From: Cyanophora paradoxa CCMP329
Lineage: Eukaryota > Plantae > Glaucophyta
DNA length: 64,000 bases
Assembly (NCBI GenBank): GCA_004431415.1
Contig: QPMI01000662.1
Span: 62,001-126,000 of the forward strand
Reading direction: 5' to 3'
The notes beneath the pieces were generated by a model. The model saw only the letters and a list, made by a program, of their open reading frames with translations. It made no database searches and was not told where the DNA came from. Numbering within the stretch: the first letter of the stretch is position 1; every line of letters starts with the position of its first letter. The position numbers and the translations under genes were made by a program. Of the stretch, positions 24,801 through 35,378 are shown piece after piece.

Positions 24801-27800
24801 TGCGCGGCGCCGTGCAGGGCGCACAAGCCCTCGCAGATCTGCCGTGAGGCGCCGTTAGCGGCGACGGACGAGGAGCGGTCAATCGCACGAAGGGCGAGAT
24901 GGGCGGGCCTCGCGCATGATGCGGAGGCGGTCGGCAAGGCTCAGCTCGATTTCGGGCTGGTTCAGCACTGCCGAGCGCAGGTTGCCGTCCATCCGCTCCT
25001 GCGGGTCGGGTTAAGCACCATCGATATCATCCATGCATATGCATGCAACCATCCGTCATCGAGCAGCAGACCATGACGATTCTGAGGGGAAGCTGCTGCG
25101 TCTGGGCGCCCTTCAGCTGTACCACGCGGGCGTGCCTGAGAGAGAACTGAACGAAGAGCTGTGGGGGCGTTGGGGCGATTGCAAAGAAGGAGCACAGCGG
25201 GAGATGCGGAAGAGCGGGCCTCGGTACCGAACTCGGCGTTGTAGTACTCGAAGAACTCCTTGACGGCGACCGCTTCTTGCATGTACTCCCCCTTGTACAC
25301 CGTCCCGCTGGACCTGTCGAGCGACACTCATGATCAGCCACGGTCTACAGTACAGCATCATTGGAGCGGACCTGCGCCCGAGCTTTTCGCCGACTGCGAG
25401 GAGCTGAGGGTCTGCGTGCGCGTCACCACGTGCGCTGAGCGGCAATTGCAACTTGCCAGTTGGGAGATTCGCACCGATTTCGCCGAGGATTGCAGCGTCG
25501 AGGCGGCCATCCGCGTCTGCACGCAATCGAGTGTGGGCTCGAGTACCGCGAAAACAGTTATAAGGAAAGGGATGACCAGGGCCGGGAGGATGGAGCTGGA
25601 GCTGGAGCTCAACCGCCGAGCTTGATTTCTCCGGATCGGCACTCTGCAGCAAACTCTCCCACAGCAAACTCTGCAGAGCGATGTAACGAGCTGATTGCTC
25701 GAGATGCAGCGTCAAGCTGGAGCACCTCGGGCTCGAGCCCCCTAGAAATGATTGGTTTCGACGGTGTGCCCTGGACGTCGAGGCCGAGTGCTTTCGAGCT
25801 TGAGAGCGGAATGGTCAGCGCTCTATCGAGCCTTTCTTCCAGGTCCGCGTAACGATCGGCGGCATCGGCGAGGAAGCCGCTGAGGACGAAGGCGTCCGAG
25901 CCCCACGTCAGCGGGCACAGCTCCCCGCTCACCTCTGACGCGCATTTTCAATTGGTTCGGTGCGCGAGAGGTAACAAAAATAGAACGAATACGCACCAGG
26001 AAAGTTCAACGTAAGAGCCCCGAATTGTATCTCCAGAACTCCGCATCGCGCGAGAGCCTCCGCGCCCTGCTTGTCTAAAAGCTTCAGCCCCTCGGCTGCC
26101 CAGCGCGGGATAGCAAGATCGACGATGAAAGAGCCCTCTGCAATTCTTTGTACGGCCTGCGAACGATCGCGAAGTTTAGACGCATAAAGCAAGATAAAGA
26201 TTGCAATGCATGAGAAAGGTGGAAACAGCAATATCAATATGAGATGGCACCTGGGACAGCGACCGGGACTGGGATCGAGTCGCTAGGGTATAGAACGAAT
26301 GCGATAGGTTCTTGAAATACTGCGCCGCGCGCATAGACCTGGTAAAACAACAACGCGACACGTGCCTCGAACGCAATTAAGAGGTTCTCACCGGCAGAAT
26401 CGCGCACTTTGCGGCACCCAAAGCCAGTTTCATCACGCCAAAAGGATCAACCAGAGCCGCAGGACTTGTTCCTTTGATCGAAACAACCTGGAATGTGCCA
26501 TGGCCAGTTGGTTGAAGTAACGATATCGATGCGAGCAAGGGAGATTCGGCGACCTCGGTGGTGTGGAACAACGATTCGGCGCTGACGGGAGGTCCGGAGG
26601 GCGATCTGAATAGGATGCTACTCAAGAATGACCGCTGCTTTGACGCAGCCGCTGCAGCTGCATCCGCCATGTCTTTCAGCTCCTTTCGCAATTTCTGCAC
26701 AGATTCTCGTACAGCGGGCCTCTCATTGGCCTCGAAGTCTGAATAAAACATATCAGATTTATTCGCATGTGCAGATCTAGACAACAGATCGCTAGAAACA
26801 TACTGGTACCTCGACGGGGGAGGAGCCCGGAGATGTAAAGAGATGCCCATAGCTCGGCAGCCGAACTGACGTTCGGCTCGCTGACCTGGGCACGCGAAAG
26901 CAGGATCGACATCGCAATATCAATGAAGCCGCGACGCAACAGTTTTACGTATACGTACCCGCAGTATCCGCGAGAGAACGCCCAGGACGACGGGACAAGA
27001 TCGAATGTCCGAGCGGGTATCTCGGACGTGCTGGATCGCGTTCCGAATTTCTTCTGCATCACGCTGTTCACCAGCCATTCTCAATGATCTGCAGCTGCGA
27101 AGGATCCGGATTGACAATTCGTCAGACAGATTCCAAAAAACAGACGGCAGCGGTGCGGTGATACCCGGAGAGCATCGACAGAGCTATTCTCCCGACGGCA
27201 TAGACATCGTCACACACGCCCGTGGATGGTGCAATCTGATAACCTTGAGAGTTGAGCGATGAGCAAAAGTGTTCAAAGCTGCGTATGCTCACATCTGCAG
27301 CAGCGTCGAATGCTGGACGCTCGAGGCTTGCGTCCTTCAGTCGCCTGGCGAGGCCAAGGTCCTCAAGCATGTACCTGCACGCTGTGATTTCAGGAGATCG
27401 ATTTCATAAATTCAACCTGGGAAATCGCACTGGGGGCAGCCATCGAATGGCGATCGCGACATGAGGACCGCAGAGGGGGATATGCGCTCATGGGCCAGTT
27501 CGGCGTCCGTGTGTATGTGATGCAAGATAAATGACATCTGCGCTGAAACATGAAATGGATTTGTGCTGTTAAACGACAACCACACCTGCTCCAGGAAACA
27601 AAGGACGTCCTCCACATCGCATCGGCTGCGGCGACTCAGAACCTGCTGCACGCTAATTACAAAAAGTCGGTCAGTGATCTGGAAGCAGGAAGCTGCGAAC
27701 GAAAACCTATAGCTACCTCTCTCCTCGAACGCGGGTCTTGACGACGGCGTTGCGCTCGGCACACGCGTCCCACAGCGTGGGGACGCCGTAGCAGCGGAAC

Positions 27801-29731
27801 CAGGCGGCGTAGGCGAGCGCCCGCTGCGCCGCCCGCCACGGGTCCGGGGGCGCCTCGCGATCGTTCTCCTGCCTGCGGCAGAGCCCGGCCCGCTTGAAGA
27901 CTTCCAGTCGAGCGCGGGGCTTGCGGTGTCGCTTGGCGGCAGCACGCGACGGGCGCTGAAGAGCGCTCCAGTCTGAAGCCGCCGGCAATGCTCTTTTGTC
28001 TCCGGCTGGTACTGAGGCGGCTGTCAAAAGCGAATCTATAATGATTACTAGCTAGCTACATTACGATAGCCAGCTATTACGAGCGAAAATATGGCCACTT
28101 GAAAGAGATCTAGAGAAAAAATGTCATATGCACCTCGCGGTGCTGCTGGATGAGGTGCTCGAGGCCACCCTCCGGCCGCACATCCGGCCCGAAGATCTCA
28201 GAAAATCGCATGTCGCCGCGGACAGCGAGGGGGCGCCTGCAGACGTCGCAGTCGGGGCCGTCGCCCTGAGGCTCCACGTCATTCTCCACCGCGCAGTTCG
28301 TGCAGGTATTTTTCTGCTTGGGCGTGAGCCATAATGGCCATCGCGGCTATCATAGAAGTGGCTGAGAAAGGCCGCACCGGGATAATGCTTGACGTGACAG
28401 GGTCCCGCGAGTTCAGCAGACGAGACAGTGCAGAGGCGGTGCAGGTTGAACTCTCCCCCTCTGAACGTTCGTAGTCGGAGCAGGAGGGCCAGCGCATGCG
28501 CAAGCCCCGCGGAAGGCTGTCGAAGACGGCTAAGCGCGGCTCGAGATAGCAGATGACGATTCGCTTGTTTCCGCTGTAAGCATAATGGAACTCCTCTGCA
28601 AAAGCAGTTAAGTATGTTCAGCGCTGCGATAACGCCGGCGCAAGCGTAGATCGTGCAAGATGCGGTCGAATTCGAAGTCAAACGCACCGCCGCAGTACTG
28701 CGAAGCTGCCGACCGCCTCGACGCAAAGAAGAGGAGGTGCGTGCTCCCCTCAATGCCTCTTGCGACTGCAGCGCGGTCGCGGTCAATAGATGACCGGCTT
28801 GAAATCCAGGGGCCGGGTACAGATATCGATACGATCGTATCTCTGTGTGCGCACTCTCATCCACCCAACGATCACCTGTCCGGTCCATCGTCATGAGCCG
28901 GCTGGAGATTCGAAGAAACCTCAAGCACATGCTTACCGTCTTCCAGCTGTTCGACGTCGAGCCTGTTTTCGCGTGTAATTATAAATTTGAAACACGCCAC
29001 GTAAATGTCTAAAGCAGAGCGGGCACCAGAAATGCGCGCCGGGGTCCTGCCTCTCCAGTTCGCTCTTGATGCGCGCCATGTTGTTGCTGTCCGAGCGCGA
29101 GTAGCTGATGAAGACCCTGACTGGAGCTTGCGAGGGCCAGGCCCGCGGCCGACGTTCGCCGGGCGCCGTCCCCGTTCTGCATTCTTGCTGCTCGCCCTCG
29201 GTCGTCGGCGGGGGCTTGGCGCTGGCTTCGCGCAGCGCCCTCTCGAAGGCATCCACGCGACCGCTGTACCCAGGAACGCCGGGAAGCCCGAATTCGTAGA
29301 GCTTTGTGAACTGCAGAGGGAATGAACAAGGAGGTTTGCTTTCCTGCAAGGATTGCGAGAGATGTTATTATGTCGCTTACATTAATGCCGCTGATGCGCA
29401 TGCTGAGGCCAGGGGCGTTCTGTAAAACCAGATTCTCATCTTCGAGCATAATGACAAAACAGTGGGCGTTGCTGATCGCTAATCGCGTGCAAATCAGGAT
29501 CAGCTGAAAAAGTAGAATAGCATGCTAGTGTTCGAATTCCGCGTACGCATGCGCACCAGCCATGAGCTCATTCACGAAATCTTGATTCTGCACCGACCGA
29601 ACAGATGTGCATACGAAGAAGATGCGCTGACTGGTCCCCGTTTGTGAAGCAGCACCGGTACCGGTGCCGGATCCATGAATACGCCCGCCAGCTACGGCGA
29701 CTTCGAATTCCCCTGCCGTTCCCGCGGCCAT
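18900..29731 (-). CDS. Giant multidomain signalling protein: (TIR)-TIR-Zn ribbon-pseudokinase-TRADD-N-like-pseudokinase-SH2-kinase-SH2
   Basis: Manual splicing at GT/GC-AG sites keeps frame from the intact TIR (VFISYS..WLD..IARGIEGS..SQYCGEEFHYA) through CxxC..CxxC, HERISPSAVL/EDLGLAR, IAEGSFIVDL, HGNLK/SGFG, GTFVLRLS, GRGNFG/VAVK/HGDVK/DFG/APE and GTFVLRLS to EVYVNVPGPAGID*. Single-transcript status is inferred. The first exon junction and one junction near 27950 are ambiguous. Confidence 0.72.
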
Positions 29732-30428
29732 GGCAGACGCCTGCAGCTGCTCGCCGGCCGCGTCGCCATGTGCATGTGCATGCATATGCATGCATATGGA
29801 GAACCTCGGCCTGATGCATATGAGCGATCAATATGGGGCGCCCGGCAGAACTGCCGCAGCAGTCGGGCAGGCTCTATGGCGCACCGGGGGCGCAGCTGCA
29901 CGCCGCGCTTGCTGAGCTCCGCGAGGAAGGCCGCCAGGCGCGGGTCCCCGAGGTCCGCCTCCAGCGCGCAGAGGTCCGCGCAGAGCGCCGCGCTGAAGCG
30001 GAGGATGGGGATGAGGATCATGGTCGCAGCCGATCATGATGGCTTACTCGCATGAATATGCATACGCGCACCTCGGCCGTGGACTCGAGCTCGCCATATG
30101 CATTCAAAGACGGGGCTATGCGTCGAACGCGATTAGCTGCAATGATCGAGTTGTGTACACGTCAATGTGAACCCATTGACGCCCGTGGCCGCACGAGGGA
30201 GCTCGAGGTGTGCAGCTGTTAGATGGCAGTTACACGGCAGTTAGCACAAGAAGCATCAGGGTGCTTAGACTGTAACCTAGACGCACCAGCACGTGTTCCC
30301 AATCGCTCGTCCGCCGGCAGCGGCCGAATTGGCGGACAATGGCCGTCTGTTTGGGGGTACCGCACACATCCAAGCCCGCCGGCCTAGCACTGCCTAGTAT
30401 AGTGCCTACTTCGATCGAGGAGCCGGCG

Positions 30429-31058
30429 ATGAGCTGTTTCGCAGCGCCCGTAACGCCGCTGAGGCCGCCGGCGCAAGCCGCCAACGGCTGGCGTGCCCTG
30501 CCGGCGTCCCAGCTGTGCACCTCGATGCCGGTTCGCATCCGCACGGTTTCGACATGATCGCACGTCCCGCCCGCTCACATTTTGCACTGCGGCAGACGCC
30601 GCGCGCGCGCACGGCCGGCCGCACGCCTGCGCCGGCCGCGGTGGACGTGACTTGCTCGAGCCGACAGCCGCCGCGCGCGGCGTTCGAAGCGTCCGAGCCG
30701 TCGGCCAAGCCCGCCTCCCGCCGGGCGCTGCTGTCGGCCCTCGCGCTGGCCGCCGCCGCCGCCGCCGCGCGGCCCGACGCGGCCCGCGCCGCGAACAAAG
30801 TGGATTGGGACGCGGCCGGTGCGTAGCTACCTCCTAGACGCTCCCGGCGGCCGCCGCCCGGGTCCGCGCGCGGCCGCTGAGCCTGCGCTTCGCGGGGCGC
30901 AGAGTTCACGGCGACGAAGTCGGGCCTGCTGGTGAAGGACGACGTGGAGGGCGAGGGGCCCTCCCCGCGCCGCAACATGATCGTCCGCCCCCGCCCCGCC
31001 CCGCCCGCCCCGTCCGCCTCGCCGAGCGCGGCGCGGGGCGCAGGTGACGGTCCACTAG
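30429..31058 (+). pseudogene. Truncated duplicate of the thylakoid FKBP gene
   Basis: Near-identical to 34217-34830, but exon 4 reads VTVH-TAG (Tyr TAC replaced by stop) and homology ends there. Confidence 0.8.
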
Positions 31059-31520
31059 AGGCGCGCTCCGGATCGTGGGCGGCGCCCTGGGCGGAGGTGT
31101 ACCAGGCGCAGTCTATCGAGGGGCTCGACTTCGAGGAGCAGAGGAACGCGCGCCCCTGCGCCACCGCCCGCGTCCGGGGTGTCCGCGTCGTCCTCGACGG
31201 GTGCCCGGCCCGCCCCCGCTTCGTCGCGTGCAGGGGCGAGAGGGGAGAGGAACTTGCGCGGGCCATCGAGGCTAAGATCAACGCAGTCATGTGGGTCCGC
31301 CAACGCGCGCCGCGGCCCCCCGCGCCGTCTTTTTTACCCCTTCCGCAGCGGTACAGGTGGACGGCCCGCTTCCCAGGCTTGCACTCGCCATAACCTTTCA
31401 AACGACGTATCAAGTTTATATCATTAATCTGATTGCAACACATATATCCATCTTCACTTTGTAAATGCATATGTCCCCACATTCAGACAACCAAGCATTC
31501 AGACCAATTGCAAGCGCATG

Positions 31521-32090
31521 GTTCTCGCCTCCGGCGGCGCTCACTTTGCGTACCCCCCCCGCCACCCTCTCACTACCCCCCAGATCCCATTGGAGGCGAT
31601 GGGCCGGGGGACCGCATCGCCGAATGGGGCCCGCGGGGACCCAGAGGGCTGGGGGGGGTACGGCGGACCCCGGGGACAGGGGCCGGCCCGCGGGGGAGGG
31701 CGGGGGGGAAGAGGGGGGGGCGGGGTCCCTCTCGTCAGCGGGGCCGGGGGCGGGCCCTTGTGCTGGGCGGGGCCGGGGGGCGGCCATTGTGCGCACCCGG
31801 GCCGGGAGGGGGCCCCTCTCGTCAGCGGGGCCGGGGGCGGCCCTTCTGGGGGTTTCTGGGGGTCCCCGCGCTTACACCCCCGTCCGTGGGTACGCACCAA
31901 CCTAGGGGGGTACCGGGGGGTACGCCGGCCTCGCTGCAGCCCTACCCCCCGTCCCCCGCCCTCCCATCAAGTCTCCGCGGGGTCCATTCGCGAGAGGGGG
32001 GGTACGGGCCATCGCCGCCAATGGGGTCCTAGCGGGGGGAGAGAGGGGCGGGGGGGTACACGCAAAGTGACCCGCCCGCGAGGGCAGAAG
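31521..32090. mobile_element. MITE/foldback-like non-autonomous element with long imperfect terminal inverted repeats
   Basis: Left tcactttgcgtaccccccccgcc..cccattggaggcgatgg..cgaatgg..cccgcgg (31541-31640) matches the reverse complement of ~31970-32070. Internal direct repeat ccctctcgtcagcggggccggggg at ~31727 and ~31814. No credible ORF. Confidence 0.65.
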
Positions 32091-32092
32091 GC

Positions 32093-33839
32093 TTAAGCTT
32101 CGAATTCCGCGGCCGTCGTGCAATCGATATCGAGCCTCGAGAGTGAGAAGGCGGAGGGGGCGGGGGGCCGGGCGGCCGCGGCGGCGGCGGCCCAGCGCCT
32201 GACGCGCGGGACGAGGCAGCAGGCGAGGAGGGGCGCGAGGAGGGCGGCGACGAGGCAGGCGGAGAGGTAGAGGTGCCCGGCCACCCACTTCACGGCCGCC
32301 GCGTCCGCCTCGTGCCAGCCTGCCGCCCCGCCCCGCCCCGTCACGCCCCGAGCTCGAGCTCGGACGGCGGCGACCGGCGCATGCGCAGCGCACTGCTGCC
32401 GCCGACGTGGGAGACGAATGCCGTGTTCCCGCCACCGATGTACGGCTCATGAGAGAGCACCAGCACCGCGTCTTCCGGCGCCGTTCGCCCCGGCCTGCCC
32501 CAGCCGCGTGACAGAAGGCGACGAAACGGAGGAATTGAGTACCACTGTGCGTGGATGCGGTCCCACGCAAAGCGGGCGGCCTCGGGGCCACCGCGCGAGC
32601 GCATGTACTTGGCGAGCTGCGCCAGCGGCCCGAGGCCTGAGCGGGGCCCCGGCGGGAGGGGGCGCGAGGCGCTCGCCTGTCGGGAGAGGAAGACGGTGCC
32701 GGTAGAGAAGAGGACGGTGAGGTAGGGGGCGCCGTACGATCCGGCGGCGCCCCGCAGCCCCTCCACCGCCTGCTCGAAGAAGGGGTGCCCGGGCCGCGAG
32801 ACCAGGAAATCGTTCGTGATTCCCGCAGGCTCCGTGCTGAAGAGCATCGCCTGCATGACAATCACCCGCTTTGGGCGGCGCGGGGCGGGGCGGGGAGCTC
32901 GAGGGCGGGGAGGGCCGGCGCACTGGGGCGGTCCTAAGGGTGTCGGGGGAGCGCATGCAGACGACGTCGAGATCGGCGTAGACGCCGCCGAGGCGCGCCA
33001 TCACCATGTACCGCAGCGCGTCCGCCCGCTGCCCGCCCGCCGACCCGGTGGGTTCTTTTATTGAAACAAATTTGGTGCGCGTGGGGGTAGGGGGAAAAAA
33101 GAGGGAGGAGGAAGGGCGGGGGGGGGGGGGGGGCACCTGCACGAAATTGGGGTACGCGTCGTAGATGGGGAGGATGTCGGGGTACTCTTTGGCGACGAAG
33201 GCACGCGCCTTCTCGTCCGTCCAGAGCACATACGAGTACCTGCAGTGTGCGGCAACAGGACCAGATCAATGCTCAGAACGCCGAACGCCATTAGACGGGG
33301 CGTGGTGGTGGGGCGGGGCAGCGCGGGGCGGGGGCCGGGGGAGGGGAGGGGGGGGGGGGGGGGGGAAGGAGGGGGAGGGGGGGAGGGGCGGGCTGAGCAC
33401 CCGGGGAGTGCGTCGGGCTGGCAACTGTAGCTCGCTTTCTTCCACCTCGCGGGCATCTCTCGCTCCTGGCCCTCCGCCTGCTTTGGCCCGCGCCCACTGT
33501 CCAGCCACTGCACGCGCGTATTCGGCGGATGAGAAGCTTAAGAGAGAGGCTGCGGCTGGGCGGGACGTGGAAGCGGACGATCTGGTGGAGGACTTTGGGG
33601 ACGGCCGAGCGCTCGAGGAGCGGCGCCACGCGCTCCTGGAACTCCCCGTCCTCCCCGTTCAGCTCCAGCAGCCGCCGCGCCTCCTCCTCCCCAGCGCGCG
33701 GCGCGACCGCCGACGAGCATGCGCGGAGGTCCGACGCCAGCGCGATGCCCCATGCGGTTGCGCCGGCGAGCGCAACCGCCACGACCACAGCCGCGCCGCA
33801 GACGGCCGCGAACGCCAGCGGGCGCCTCTTGCGATCCAT
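32093..33839 (-). CDS. Glycosyltransferase family 32 (DXD), SUR1/CSH1-like mannosyltransferase
   Basis: N-terminal TM, VPKVLHQI/W, YVLWTDE, Q/RADALRY, GGVYADLD, HPFF, YLTVLFSTG, GWHEAD, C-terminal TM. Confidence 0.88.
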
Positions 33840-34216
33840 CGATCTGCGCGCGCGAGCGCTTTATTTGGTGTCTATATCTCCGTCTGACTGCCGCACGCGT
33901 GTAACATTAACTTCAGTAACAGCCAACCTGAAAAGCCTGATCACGTGCACGCGTACGTGCACCGGATTACAGTACGCAACTCTGCATGTGTGCACACTGC
34001 ACACCGTCAGGAACGCCGAAAAGATCGCTTGCCCTCCGCAGGCCGAGTTTGCACGGCGACATCGATGCTCCTCCGATCCGAATCTCTCGAGGCTCCGATT
34101 GTGCTTGCATTTTTGGGGGGATACAGTTTGGGTGTTTGGGTGGTCAGTTGGGGGGTACTGCGTCACATTCAAGCCCGCCGGCACATCAGCTCCATACTTC
34201 GATCGAGGACCCAGCG

Positions 34217-35378
34217 ATGAGCTGTTTCGCAGCGCTCGCCACCCCGCTGAGGCCGCCGGCGCAAGCCGCCAACGGCTGGCGTGGGCTGCCGTCGTCCCTC
34301 CTGTCCACCGCGATGCCGGTTCGCATCCGCACGGTTTCGACATGATCGCACGTCCCGCCCGCTCACATTTTGCAGACGCCGCGCGCGCGCACGGCCGGCC
34401 GCACGCCTGCGCCGGCCGCGGTGGACGTGACTTGCTCAAGCCGACAGCCGCCGCGCGCGGCGTTCGAAGCTTCCGATCCTTTGGCCAAACCCGCCTCCCG
34501 CCGGGCGCTCCTGTCGGCCCTCGCGCTGGCCGCCGCCGCCGCCGCCGCGCGGCCCGACGCGGCCCGCGCCGCGAACAAAGTGGATTGGGACGCCGCCGGT
34601 GCGTAGCTACCTCCTAGACGCTCCCGGCGGCCGCCGCCCGGGTCCGCGGCCGCTGAGCCTGCGCTTCGCGGGGCGCAGAGTTCACGGCGACGAAGTCGGG
34701 CCTGCTGGTGAAGGACGACGTGGAGGGCGAGGGGCCCTCCCCGCGCCGCAACATGATCGTCCGCCCCGCCCCGCCCGCTCCGCCCGCCCGCCCGCCCCGG
34801 CGAGCGCGGTGCGCAGGTGACGATCCACTACAAGGGCATGCTCGGGGACGGCGTGCGCGCGCCCCGCCCGCCGCCCACTCCCCGAGCGAGCCCTCGCTGA
34901 CTCACCGAGTCGCCGGGCAGTACGTCTTTGACGAGGACCGCGAGAGGCCCGCCCCCCCGCGCCCCCCCGCGCCCGGGCGTGCCCGCCCGTGCCCCGCCTG
35001 ACGGCCTGGGCCCGCTCCGCCGCAGGCCCTTCGACTTCGTCATTGGGCAGGGCCGCGCCATCAAGGGCTGGGAGGAGGTGCCGCCGCCACTCAGGGCCTC
35101 CCGCCCGGCCCCCGCGCGCCCGCGTCGCTGCGCCGACCCTTGCCCCCCCTCCCGCGCCAGGGCATCGGGACGATGAAGGTCGGCGGGCGGCGGCGCATCA
35201 TCGTGCCCCCCGAGCTCGGGTCCGCGCCCTAGCGTGGCTCAGACAGCGACCTCCGCCCTGCGCCCCTGACCCGGCGGGGCGCAGGTGGGGCGACAAGGGG
35301 AACGGGCTGCTGAACGTGCCGCCCAACGCGACGACCTACTTCGAGGTCGAGCTCCTCAAGGCCCGCAAGTTCTTCTAG
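34217..35378 (+). CDS. FKBP-type peptidyl-prolyl isomerase, thylakoid-lumen targeted
   Basis: MSCF transit peptide, SRRALL..AARA twin-Arg signal, TKSGL..D..G.G, VTIHYKG, PFDFVIGQGRAIKGWEE/GIGTMKVGGRRRIIVPPELG, VPPNATTYFEVEL. Confidence 0.93.

Noticed and set aside
27900-28030. Possible frameshift in the first pseudokinase (would make the giant gene a pseudogene)
   Set aside because: A downstream AG acceptor (ctcttcag) restores the frame. Cannot be decided without cDNA.
29830-30030. GC-rich coding-like island MILIPILRFSAALCADLCALEADLGDPRLAAFLAELSKRG upstream of the TIR gene
   Set aside because: Could not be spliced convincingly to the TIR gene or assigned to a family. It may be a gene fragment.
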